Shown: positions 12,678-24,439 of the stretch, one piece after another
Layout: every line of letters starts with the position of its first letter
Position numbering within the stretch: the first letter of the stretch is position 1
NCBI RefSeq assembly: GCF_037042905.1
Contig: NC_087251.1
Location: 29,948,001-30,012,000 of the forward strand
Direction of reading: 5' to 3'
Length of the DNA: 64,000 bases
Source of the DNA: Lytechinus pictus
Taxonomy: Eukaryota
Made by a program: the position numbers and the translations under genes
The notes under the pieces: generated by a model
Databases searched by the model: none
What the model was told of the DNA's origin: nothing
What the model saw: only the letters and a program-made list of their open reading frames with translations

Positions 12678-14899
12678 CAGTGCGTCCCAAAAAAAACGAA
12701 ACCGAGATTTAGCGATGATTTATCATAACTTAATCACAAATACAATAGACAAATGACCTACCAATGTAAAGCTTAGAATCTCCTCTTTCATCTGATATTA
12801 CTTAGATTATTCCTCATTCACGCATGAGTGAGCAAAAACAATTTGAAGAAAGGATACCAAAAACTCATCTGGCGAGGGGTATCTGAATTTTAAAAAGAAA
12901 ATCACATGCCTAAAAAGTTCAATATCTGCTCTTTAATTTGATACCTTAATCACAAAAAATGGTCAAGAAGTAAAAAAGTTACGTTCCCTCGAAACAATGC
13001 TTGTATTTCCATAATTTCTTTAAAAAAACGTGTTTTCACCGGTTTCCCACAGAAGCTATCGCATGGTTAACAAAAGACTTCATGCATGGCTGATTTATTT
13101 ATTATTTATTTATTTTGTTTTATTTATTTTATACTGCAGGGTAGGCCTGTTCAGTTCTTAAAACTGCTTTACAAAGGCGCCCTGCAGTTTAAAATACATG
13201 TCAAGATAACTATGAACAACAACAAACAACATCAAAAATACAAAATATCTAACATCAGAAACAATTAACACCAAAATATAGAGTGGGAAGTGACAATTTA
13301 AACATACATAGCATTGTAAATCAATGGAATATCATTTCGCTCTTTATCAATTCGTATGAAAGGCTTTGCATATTTTTTTAAAAACTAACAAGGAGGTACA
13401 AACTTGTAAATTTGAAGGAAGTGTATTAAATAATTTGGGTCCGACATATGCGAAAGATTTTCTTTTATGTTCAATTCTAGCTTTGGGAAGCTGAAGGGGG
13501 CATCGTAAAGAATACCGTGTCCTGTATTTCACGGGCCGTTTACTTACTAAAGGTTTTAAATAATTTGGAACTAAATCATTCATTATTTTATATACAAGAA
13601 CACAATACAGATATTTTATACGCTGATCTACTGATTGCCACTTCAGTGACTGCAACAAAGAAATTTGTGATGTATTATAATCTTTTTTCAAAAGCATTCT
13701 GGCATATTTATTTTGAAGTTTTTGTATCTTATCTAAAGGTATTTTTGCACTGCTTCCCCAAGATGTAATACAGTAATCAATGTAAGGTAAAATCATAGAA
13801 AAGTACAGCTTCTTCATGATATCAAAGGACAGTAAGTGCTTAATCCGCCTTACACAACCTATTGCCCGAGATATTTACAAACGATATTAGTAATATGTTC
13901 GCACCAAGTCGAGCCCGGATCGAGCATGACACCTAAGTATTTAATCTTTTTTACATTTTCTAATTGTATGTTCCTGAATTTCACTGACAAATGAGCACCC
14001 CTCAACTTTTTCTTTTGACCAAATACCATGGCTTTTGTTTTTTGCGGGTGTAAATGCATATTATTTAAGTCTAGCCATTTACTTATTGAATCAAAATCAT
14101 CTTGCAAATACTTTTGTACCTCCTTAATTGATTCACCGTGATTAAAAATGGCGGTATCATCAGCATAAAGAGACATGCAATTTCAAATTACACATGTCAT
14201 TAATAAAAATACAAAATATCAATGGACCCAGTATAGATCCTTGTGGGACACCTGATTTTATCTTCAAAAATTCACTGGGACAACTGTTAATCATTACAAA
14301 TTAAAATTGCCTTCTGTCTGTTAAATACGATTCCATCCAGTTGTATTCATTGTCAGTAATACCATAGTACTTAAGTTTTGCAAGTATAAAACTGTGAGGA
14401 ATAACATCAAAAGCTTTGCGTAGGTCCAAGAAAATACCACCAGTAACATGTTTTCGATCCATTTTATCATACAAAAAGTCTGTAATCTCAGCTGATCGTC
14501 AACAAAACGGAGTGTTGAGTGAGTTTAAACGCTAGCCTGTAAAACCTCTTCATTTTATGAAATTATTGAAATTCAAGCCTTATTTCAAATAACCAGAACT
14601 TTCTTATTTCTTGACCATTTTCTTTCATTGAGGTATCAAATTACAGAGCAGATATTGAACTTTTTAGAAATGTGGTTTTCTTTTTGAAACCCAGATACAG
14701 CCCGCCAAATGACTTTTTGGTATCCCCTCTTCAAATTGTTTTTGGTCACTCATGCGTGAATGAGAGATAATATAAGTAATATCAGATAAAAGAGGAGATT
14801 CTAAGCTTTACATTGGTAGGTCATTTGTCTGTTGTATTTGTGATTAAGTTATGATAAATCATCGCTAAATCTCGGTTTCGTTTTTTGTGGGACGCACTG
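12678..14899. mobile_element. Tc1/mariner-like foldback MITE (B) with ~300-bp TIRs, interrupted by a LINE
   Basis: TA|CAGTGCGTCCCAAAAAAAACGAAACCGAGATTTAGCGATG ... CATCGCTAAATCTCGGTTTCGTTTTTTGTGGGACGCACTG|TA. Confidence 0.85.
13095..14490 (-). mobile_element. 5'-truncated, frameshifted L2/CR1-group LINE (reverse transcriptase fragment)
   Basis: Minus-strand peptides [58 protein letters not shown] and SFAYVGPKLFNTLP. (TAAA)n tail; GCTGAT direct repeat at 13089-13094 and 14491-14496. Confidence 0.92.
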
Positions 14900-16417
14900 T
14901 ATATATCAAACTTTGAAAACATTGCCTACATCATGACTGTATAAACTCTTTGATGTAGATGCATATGGCCCTTTTGTTATTAATCACTTGGAAAATCACA
15001 GTTGTCATCAAAAAGGGTGTGCTGAGGCCTTTTTGGTTTCTTATAAGAGCACGTTGTAGCCATAGAGTTGTAGTAATTGCAGTTGCGTAATGAGCCAACA
15101 ATTTTGAGAGGGCGAGATATGGCGTGTCGGGCAAATTTCATAAAAAGTCGTGAGCGAGCGATAAAAAATGTCGACATTTTGTTACACAAAAACCAGAAAT
15201 ACTATTCAGAAAATTATATCATAATTATTTCACCCTTCTCTCTTTCATTTTATCGTTTTATTGTTTTTTCTTAGTAGTGAACATTTTTTTTTTTTTGGGG
15301 GGGGGCAATCCCCCACCCCCTGTCTGTACTCCACTGGTATATTGATCTCTCTAGTTGTATCACCTATTGATGTCAATGAGTGGAACTCCTTTGGTTCTGT
15401 GGGGGGTGCACATGCACCCAGTCCTCCCTCAGACGTGGGACAGCTTTGGGTGACCCGACAGTTTATCTTTTTTTCTGACAGCTTCATCATTCAACAGCCC
15501 CTGCACTTGTGTAACTGATAATAATATTTTTCCCCAACAGACAAAATGTCAAACTCGATCCCCATGTCCATTTGCACCGACACATGCACAGGTTTATCCA
15601 AAACCTCGCATATCATTTATGTCCCCTTCTCTCTATAGCTGTTTGTCTCCTTTTGCTTTCCTTTTTTCCTCTTAATTTTGCTAGCTTTACCCCTGTAATT
15701 TCTTCCACTCCGTTTCTCTTCTCTTCTTTACTCTTTTTCCCTTCCTTTTAAAAAAAATCTTATCTTCACCCTTTTCAACAATTTTTGAAGGGGCGGGTGC
15801 TGAAGTATAAATTTGACAAGCAAAAAAAATGAGTTTACTTTATAGGAAATTAAAGCTCGTTTTGGTTCTAAGAAATTTGACAAGAAAAAAAAAATCAATG
15901 GTCATTTTGGTCCAAAGAAATTTATTTGACAAGCAAAACAAAAGGGCTTTACTAGATAATGAAGGTCATTTTGGTCTCGAGAAATTTGACAAGAAAGGGG
16001 GGGGGGTTCTCCACACAAAATGTATGGAGAACCCTTTAATTTCCTTACATTTATGAAATTCGCCAAACCTGAAAGAATTCCAGGGGGTGCTGCCTATATG
16101 GAGATACACGCAGCACCCCCTGGGAAAATCTTAGGGTGCTGCATGCAGCACCACACTTTCCAGGGCCATGCTGCGATACAATATAGAATTTTCTTTCCCT
16201 CCCTACTTCACCCAACACGAATAATAATGCCGTGAAATTGAAGTTTCATTTCCTTTTTTGTCAAACGCGCTCTGATTTTTTTTCTTTATAACATAACAAA
16301 AACATTTGTTTGAAGACAATTGTTCGGTCGCTATATCGTTGCACTGGTCAAGCGAGGTTAAAGTTTTTAAAAAGAATATGAGTCGGGGATGTCGATAATG
16401 TTTCGGATTGGGGTGGG

Positions 16418-18160
16418 CATGGACCTGGGAAGCGGGGGTGCTGTGCTGAAGCACCCCCAAGATTTTCACAGGGGTGCTACGTGTATTATTTTCCTTATGC
16501 AGCACCCCCTGGAATTCTGGTTGGTGTGTGTCACATAGGAGAAATGTATGGAAAATGACGAACATCTTGTGGTGAAACCCCTTTCTTGGCTTATCAAATT
16601 TCTTGGCACCAAAACGACCTTCATTTTGTAGTGAAACCTTATTTTGCTTGTCATAGGCGGATCCAGAGGGCCCAAGGGGCCCGTGAATAAAATATAAAAA
16701 CCTTTCATGTCACTATATAAAGTTTTCGCTCGCGCTTTGCGTTTGCAGTGCATGTTTGATGAGATAGGCCTATATAATGAGGTTTTTCCTCAATAGGCTG
16801 ATATGGAGCTTAAAATATCAAGTTTTGTAGTCAATATACAAAACATATTTCAGCTCCGACATCGAGCTTTCATTATTTTGTTTGATTTATAAATTGATTT
16901 TCAAAAAGTGCTCTGTAAAATGTCCGTTGTCTCAGTATCAACATTTTCTGCTCGCGCTGCGCGCTCGCATTATTTGATTTGTCGGGTATCTATTCTCTTC
17001 GTGTATTCCATAAAATTCTCAAAATATCCCTCAATTATCAGGTTTAATTGTCAAAATCTATCAGTCAGCGCTGCGCGCTCGTATTTTGATTGGTGAGTAA
17101 TGTATACCTCAATAATTTCTTCTATAATAATAGGCAAAAACAAACTACTTAAAATCCCCTTTTCATGACATCGCGATTTGCTCTCATCATTTCCATAATG
17201 ATGACAAAATGTCCTTAGAATGTCCAGGTCCTTGGACAAAATGAAAATAATAAAAATATCAGCTTGCGCTTCGCGCTCACCTCATCTATTAAGAGCGATC
17301 CATAATATCCACTTCACGATTCTCCTATATACACAGTGCTTGAATTAGTGCTTAAATGGACCTTTTTCAGATAGGAATATTAAATATTTTCAGCTCGCGC
17401 TTCGCGATTACATTTTTTATTTTCATGATATAAAATATATTTAGAATGCCCAGATTTATGTATTGATCTTAAACACACGCACGCATGTTTATTGAGATAC
17501 ACGGCTTGTTCTTTATTTAAAACATACTAACATTTTCTCACATTATTGATTTAGGATATCCAATAACCCATTCTTTTCATGATTTACAAAACATGAATAG
17601 AGTGACCCGTTTTAGGTCCAAATCTCTTTTTTTTCAGCTTACGCTTCGCGCTCGCATTGTTTAGTTATATGCCTATCCTGCCTATGATTACAAAATATGC
17701 TTAGAATTTCCATTTTTTAGGTTGGAAAGTCAAAACTTTTCATCTCACGCTTCGCGCTCGCTTTATTTGATTATTGAATATGTATCGCTGTATGGCTTAC
17801 TACGAACAGTCCTCAACAGGTCCCTTTTCGATCAGTTATATATACGGATTTTGTTCAGGATCACAAACATTGCCCAGAATGTTCGATTTTCAGGACAAGA
17901 TACATGAAATTTCCAAAAAAATAGCTTGCGCTTTGCGCTCACACTATTTAGGTATGTCTTATGAGATTACTATGTTTTATAAGAATAAAACAAAGAAGTG
18001 ACTGATACGAAGAAACAAATAAAACTCATCTTTGAGTGGCCGATCGGGGAAAATATGGGTGAAATTTTGCGTCCTCCCCCTTATTGGCGAAAGCTGGATC
18101 CGCCCCTGAATTTCGGCCTACTTCAGCACCCCCAGCCAAAAAATCGTTCCCAGGGCCCTG
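16418..18160. mobile_element. CA...TG-ended MITE with 7-bp TSD (P-element-like), containing a nested element at ~16652-18108
   Basis: Ends CATGGACCTGGGAAGCG / CGTTCCCAGGGCCCTG; GGGTGGG on both sides (16411-16417, 18161-18167). Nested element GGCGGATCCAG...CTGGATCCGCCCCTG carries many GCTCGCGCTTCGCGCTC motifs. Confidence 0.55.
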
Positions 18161-18235
18161 GGGTGGGGTGGGGGCGGTGAAAAATATACGGCGCTCAGTC
18201 AGCCCGTCAGATTTTAACACAGAGACTGATGACAT

Positions 18236-18787
18236 CCCGGGGGGGGGGGCACTCAGTATATAATGCATAGTGGGTATGTCAGTGCCGCGGAGGGGACCCC
18301 CATTTTTACACTCAAATTTCCGTTCCAGGGCATAGCATTTTCATCTTATTAAGAAAAAGAACTAAGAAAGCCGCTCCGAAGCATAGCATTTTCTTCTTAT
18401 CGAGAGAAAAGAAGAAAGAAATCCGCTCCAAAGCTTCGCATATTTTTCGTTACGCCGTTCCGGTCGCATTGATCCGCCACAATGAGCTGCAATTTTGGTG
18501 AAAAGCGGCCGCTGAGCGCTGTCCGACCATTGCCTCTGCGCGAGCGCACCCGGCGCCCGTGCCGCTGGGCTAGCTGCATATACACGTATGCCCGTTCCAT
18601 AGGGTCTTAGGGATGCACACGCAAGCGACCCGTTCCAAGGACCCCCGTTTTCACAAACATTTGTCGTTCCGAAGCCCGTTCCGAGGACCCTCCTTTTTAC
18701 AATAAGCCCGCTCCAAGGCCCCCGTTTTTTGTCTCTCCTGCGGCACATACCCACTACTTTTTTGGTCGAGTGCCCCCCCCCCCCGGG
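18236..18787. mobile_element. CCCGGG-ended non-autonomous DNA transposon, 8-bp TSD
   Basis: TIR CCCGG(G)nCACTC / GAGTG(C)nCGGG; GATGACAT duplicated at 18228-18235 and 18788-18795. Inserted into a Kolobok-like MITE remnant (18221-19211). Confidence 0.8.
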
Positions 18788-19928
18788 GATGACATCATCC
18801 ACTCACTATTTCTTTTGTACTTTATTATATGAAATATGGAATATTCTAATTTTCTCTGGCCTTATTGTCAAGTGAAACAACAATTATTCCTCCCTGAACA
18901 TATGGAATTAGCATTGCTTAATACTATATGGTTCAGTCAAGTTGGTCCATATTGTCAAATTTGTAAAAATGAAATATTGTATAATTCAAATAATAAAAAA
19001 CAAAAGAAATAGTGAGTGAGGGACATCATCGACTGTCTCATTTGCATGTCACTGAGTTGTGCATATCATCATTCTTTGAAAAATAAGCGAAACTTTAAAA
19101 TGTCATAACTTTCTCATTTTGCATCCGATTTTGATGAAATTTTCAGCGTTATGCTAGTTTGATTTTTCTCTATTTATTCAAATCAACATTTTCCTGTGGT
19201 GGACTTGACCTTTAACTTTTTAATGTTTTGCTCTACTCAACTATATTCCTTTCAAGCCGAGCTATAATATAGGGGCCGTTCAAGAATACAAATCACGGAA
19301 CAGGACACATGGGCCGCGGAACCGGGGCGGGGTGAGGCTTCAGCCCCCACACTCGGATTTGCATGCAGCCACTTTCAAAACCGTTCCGCGGCCTCTGTAT
19401 GCACTTTTGAGAAAGGGTCACCGCACCGTCGTCTAATGTTGACTTGATGACGTCACCTTAAAATACTGTAAGGGAAATCCCCGGCCCGAGCTCGCCGCGC
19501 GCGCCGTACTCTGACTGACATGCTGATTTATCATGCACTGTCGGCCCGATGCTTGATAGCTGTGCCCTTTTAGTTTTAGCTGTGCTGTAACCTTGTCTTG
19601 TAAGTGTAACTTTAAAGCTTCTAAAATGAGGTATTTAATTCACTTATAATTCATTGGCATATTTATCATATCTGGCTTAACATACAGTTTTCTCATTTAA
19701 CCTCCATCTTTTTGAAGTGTACACTAATCAAATTACGTTAGATCTATCGAGTTCGAGTTCTAAAATTAAAAACATTCTTTTGTTTCCCGATGATATGATC
19801 GAGGTCTACGCCCAGCTAGCTCTGGGAGTGGGAGTCTGGCCGGGGCTTTTATCATGCATATACCATAGAGCTGTTTTTTATAGCTCCATGCATGTACACT
19901 AGTAACACTGCACTGGCACCATCCATGG

Positions 19929-20375
19929 TAGACAGCTGGCAGCCGTCTGTTTCGAGGAGTTTTTTAACATTTTTTTTTTTTTTAATTTCTCCTCGTACAC
20001 AGACGGCTCGCTAGCGTGCAGCCACCATTAGGGGACTTGCAATGCAAAATCCCCCCGTCGGGGCTCTTCAATTTTTGTCTTTAATGAATAAAAATTTTGA
20101 AAATTAACGCAACCAAAATGCAAATTAATATTCCCTCTTGGCATTAATTGCCAAAAAACGGAGAAAAATCAAGTTAAAAGGAACAAAAACAGTGACTTAC
20201 CGCAGCTGTCGCGCAAATTCACTTCCCCGTTTTGTCCGATCTTAAGTACATAAACATATGGCCATTGAGTCCCCTGTACAGATCGCGCTAGAACTTCGGT
20301 CTCTGTATTTGGTGAGTGAAGCCAACGGAGTTCAGCTGAACAACCAACATAACAGAGACCGAAGCTTTTGGTCTA
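19929..20375 (+). mobile_element. TAGAC...GTCTA non-autonomous element, 9-bp TSD (AcademH-like), copy A
   Basis: Flanked by CATCCATGG at 19920-19928 and 20376-20384. Confidence 0.8.
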
Positions 20376-20384
20376 CATCCATGG

Positions 20385-20832
20385 TAGACCAAAAGCTTCA
20401 GTCTCTGTCATGTTGGTTGTTCAGCTGAACTCCGTTGGCTTCACTCACCAAATACAGAGACCGAAGTTCTAGCGCAATCTGTACAGGGGACTCAATGGCC
20501 ATATGTTTATGTGTATTAAGTTCGGATAAAACAGGGCAGTGAAGTTGGGCGACAGCCGAGGTAAGTCACTGTTTTTGTTCCTTTTAACATGATTTTCCCC
20601 ATTTTTTGGCAATTAATGCCAAGAGGGAGTATTAATTTGCAATTCGGTCACGTTAATTTTCAAAAGTTTGATTCATTAAAGACAAAAATTGAAGAGCCCC
20701 GATGGGGGGATTTCGCATTGTAAGTCTCTTAATGGTGGCTGCACGATAGCGAGCCGTCTGTGTACGAGGAGAAATTTGAAAAATAAAAAAATGTTAAAAA
20801 ACTCCTCGAAACAGACGGCTGCCAGCTGTCTA
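20385..20832 (-). mobile_element. Same element, inverted copy B
   Basis: Reverse-complement match to 19929-20375 with scattered substitutions; flanked by CATCCATGG at 20376-20384 and 20833-20841. Confidence 0.8.
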
Positions 20833-20965
20833 CATCCATGGGCGATGGGTACTACTCCGTAGCACGTATGTTAACCGCCTATATACTTTATAGGTTGTGT
20901 ATCAATTCGACGGAGCGCGCCATTGAATAGACAGGAATAACCATCGTTTCTGGGGAATTATTTAA

Positions 20966-21766
20966 AGGTCAAGTCCACCCCAGAAAAATGTTGAAACTAG
21001 CTAGTACTAGCATATCGCTGAAAATTTCATCAAAATCGGATATAAAATAAGAGAGTTAACACATTTTAAACTTACGCTTATTTTTCACAAAATAGTGATA
21101 TGCACAACTCAGTGACATGGAAATGAGACAGACAATGATGTCCTTCACTCACTATTTCTTCTGTTTTTTATTGTTTGAATTATACAATATTTCATTTTTT
21201 TACAGATTTGACAATAAGGACCAACTTGACTGTACCATATAGTATTAAACAGTGCCAATTCCACATTTTCAAGGAGGAATTAATAGTTGTTTCACTTGAC
21301 AACGAGGAGAAAATTTGAATGTTTCATGTTTCATTTAATAAAATACAAAAGAAATAGTGAGTGGATGATGTCATCAGTCTCCTCATTTACATATACCGAG
21401 GTTTTTTTTTACCTGACTGCTAAGAAAGCACGAATGCCTGTGAGCAAGCAACCAGGGGACCAACGGCTTAAGGTCCCCTCTGAGGGACCTGGTAATGAGT
21501 ATAAATGCCTTACCAAAGGGCACTAGCGCACCACTTGGGAATCGAACCCGGGTCACCGGAATCCGAAACCCTTGCTCTACTGACTGAGCTATTGCGCCTT
21601 TACTGACCAGGATGTGCATATATAACTGTTTTTGAAATTAAGTGAAAATTTACAATGTCATAACTTTCTTATTTTACATCCGATTTTGATGAAATTTTCA
21701 TTGTTATGCTTGTTGGATTTTTCTCATTTTATTCAAATCAACTTTGTGTTGGGCTGGACTTGTCCT
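20966..21766. mobile_element. Kolobok-like MITE (TTAA TSD, AG...CT ends) carrying a SINE insertion
   Basis: TTAA|AGGTCAAGTCCACCCC ... GGGCTGGACTTGTCCT|TTAA; opposite orientation to the intact copy at 62520-63110. Confidence 0.8.
21402..21599 (-). mobile_element. tRNA-derived SINE
   Basis: Minus-strand head AGGCGCAATAGCTCAGTCAGTAGAGC (A box) ... GGTTCGATTCCC (B box), unique body and poly(A) tail. Second copy at 35599-35794. Confidence 0.85.
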
Positions 21767-21813
21767 TTAACAATGATTATCAGTCTTTGATGACCTACTG
21801 GTTGAACCCCACT

Positions 21814-22485
21814 CCCGGGGGGGGGGGGGCCACTTACATTGACGAGTGGATACCATGCGCGACCAAAAAAACATGTAAAAAGGATGTCTTTTTCAAGATG
21901 GGGCACGTTACATACGTAACGTGATAAGGGTGTCAAAAACACAAAAATATTGAAAAAAGGGTATCTATTTCGGTCAGAAAAATATATGTGTTTAGGGTCA
22001 AAGATGCAGGGATGATAAAAAAAAATCAAAATGTTTTATAAAGGATGTCCTTTTTGCCCCAACACTACGTGTTTAGAGTCCGATTTGCGCGAGGTGTGGA
22101 ATGTGGGGCCGTAATAAACCAAAATAATGGTGTGTAAAGGTAAAACCCACGACCGACGGACCCGTGACATAACAATGAAATATCGCTGCACTTGTTTAGG
22201 GGTTCATTTCAGGGAATACTTGCCGATAGTATTTGTTTCCAATACTTGTTAAGGGGTGCATTTTCCGAATATGGAAAATACATCGCTGTACTTGTTTAGG
22301 GGCTCAATTCTGGGAATACTTGCCAATAGTATTTGTTTCCAATACTTGTTAAGGGTAGGGTTTCACACGCCAATACTTGTTAAGGGGTGCATTTTCAGAA
22401 TATGGAAAATACGTGTTAAGGGTGCTTTTCGAGACCCCGTGGTCGCGCATGGTATCCACTCGCCAATGGAAGTGGCCCCTCCGGG
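21814..22485. mobile_element. CCCGGG-ended non-autonomous DNA transposon, 8-bp TSD
   Basis: TIR CCCGG(G)nCCACTTACATTGACGAGTGGATACCATGCGCGACC / GGTCGCGCATGGTATCCACTCGCCAATGGAAGTGGCCCCTCCGGG; ACCCCACT at 21806-21813 and 22486-22493. Internal ~100-bp duplication. Confidence 0.85.
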
Positions 22486-22701
22486 ACCCCACTCAAGGGC
22501 GACATTGGGACCTCAAGGTTGAAAAAAAGCTGCCAGAGTAGTCAGACTTTCAAGCACCAGAGTACAAAATCCATAGATAATTGATTAAAATTTTGACCTT
22601 AGATTAATTGTGATATGTAAACTGCAATAAACATTCACTCAAAAAAGTTCATAACATAAAGGAATTGAAATTACAATCACTAGACAATTCACCCTGCCGA
22701 C

Positions 22702-22824
22702 TAGACAGGAATAACCGTTGTTTCTTGGGATTTATTTAACAATTTCTGACATTTTACTATTGGTGAGTGGAGCCAACGCAATTCAGGGGAACAACCAAAT
22801 ACAGAGACTGAAGCTTTTGGTCTA
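22702..22824 (+). mobile_element. 123-bp mini TAGAC...GTCTA element, 9-bp TSD
   Basis: CCTGCCGAC at 22693-22701 and 22825-22833. Right end CAGAGACTGAAGCTTTTGGTCTA is shared with the 19929 element. Confidence 0.8.
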
Positions 22825-24128
22825 CCTGCCGACAAGCCTTGTCGCCATCAATGAATGCATTTGTGTGTTACGTACACAGGTAATTCTACAAATGCACCAC
22901 CCCATATATGCGCTAAATTTTTGCCTATGAGGTAGGCCTACATGTATACTGTTTTGACCTCATTGGTACTTGGAGTGGCTGAAGCTGAACCCATACTTAC
23001 CAGAGGAATCTTAAGACTCAAATCATCCTCCTGGATCTGGAGGATTCGTGATCAGACTTTAATAATGAGCAAAGCTAAAATGAAGGTGCTATTTAAAAAA
23101 ATGTTTATATGTAAAATTTGAATTCATTGTGAAAGAAACTTAATTCAAGTCCAGGGATTTCATTAATCTTTTGCCATAAAAAAAAACTCTGGCAAAAAAT
23201 TGCCTCAGTTTTTCTTTTATGGAACATGGCCCAGGAGCTCAATTACATTTAGCTTACAATGAATAATAACATGGCCCTTACTCAAGGCTTGCATGCATGA
23301 CTACTAAGGGCCATATTTGCTGTATTAAAGCTAAAGGTATGAAACTTCTAGATAGAGTGGAGTAGGTCTAAATTTTGAGCTCACCACCAATTACTTGTGG
23401 TCTAACTTAGTGGTGGTAAAATACTGCTTCTGTTGGCTTACTTTCCATACCATTCTAGATAGCCTCATGTGTATGTATGAACTGTCAATGTGATTACCTA
23501 AATAAACAATTTAATGCTAGTTCGATGAATACTTATTAATATAGTTATCAAAAACTTTGAACTAACATTAATTAGACTGTAATATTTGCCTTAATCTCTA
23601 TTTCTTAAAAAGGAATGCCAAGCTCAAGTTTTGAGAAGCTCATCCTTTTGAAGCATCAATTGTTGACAGTCCTACATGTCATGATCTGCATATTTTTGGT
23701 CTTTGCTGATTGGAATTGGAAGGCCCTTTGCAAATATGTTTCCAAATCGTATTTGCAGTTCTGACGAGGTAAGGTGTTACCGGTAATAGACCATTCAGAT
23801 ATTCTTTTTCAATGATTGTTATCATTTTTGTGGTTAAATCTGTTTTTCATACTGGATTGATTTCATCAACCATAAAAAATAACAACAAAATACATTGTGC
23901 AAAATTTTAAGATTAAATCTATAAATACTTAAAAAGATATGGAAGGATCACTCTATTCAGACTCAGAGTCATTGATATAATGGCTCTGTTCTTCCTATAG
24001 GTCCAATATTGAAATCATAGAGGAATACTAATGGATGGAATTTAGAAAGGGGTAATATATTTTTTTATTTTACAATGACAGTGAATCAGATTGAGAATCA
24101 GTGTTGATATTAATTTTAACAAAAGCTG

Positions 24129-24285
24129 GGGCCCGTCTCATAAAGAACTTGCAACTGTTGTAACTTTGCCATTATGGCAACTACCATGGAAACCTTGATT
24201 CTGATTGGCTGCTGAGCCCTGTTACCATGGTAGTTGCCATAATGGCAAAGTTACAACAATTGTAAGTCCTTTATGAAATCGGCCC
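24129..24285. mobile_element. Hairpin MITE, Harbinger-like with CWG flanks
   Basis: CTG|GGGCCCGTCTCATAAAG...TTGTAACTTTGCCATTATGGCAACTACCATGG / reverse complement ...CTTTATGAAATCGGCCC|CAG. Confidence 0.7.
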
Positions 24286-24439
24286 CAGATCAGTTTTATG
24301 GTTATGATTGCGATGTTGAGACTGATAACAATAAGCCTCAATTGTACAACAGAAATCCACTTATTTACTAGTCATGAAAATCAGTTTGTATCTTTGTTTG
24401 TTTGTTCAGGTGGATGGAGCTCATAGTTCTTGTGTCAAG

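Noticed and set aside
13347..14176. Reverse transcriptase ORFs as a retron/DGR or domesticated gene
   Set aside because: Frameshifted, 5'-truncated, with a simple-repeat tail and TSD: an ordinary dead LINE copy.
18362..18802. 146-aa GC-rich minus-strand ORF
   Set aside because: Lies inside a TIR/TSD-bounded MITE and has no recognisable domain.
21520..21599. tRNA-like sequences with A and B boxes (also ~32878-32945, 35599, 42850, 47400)
   Set aside because: They continue into SINE bodies and tails or are degenerate, and lack a complete cloverleaf; called SINE heads, not tRNA genes.
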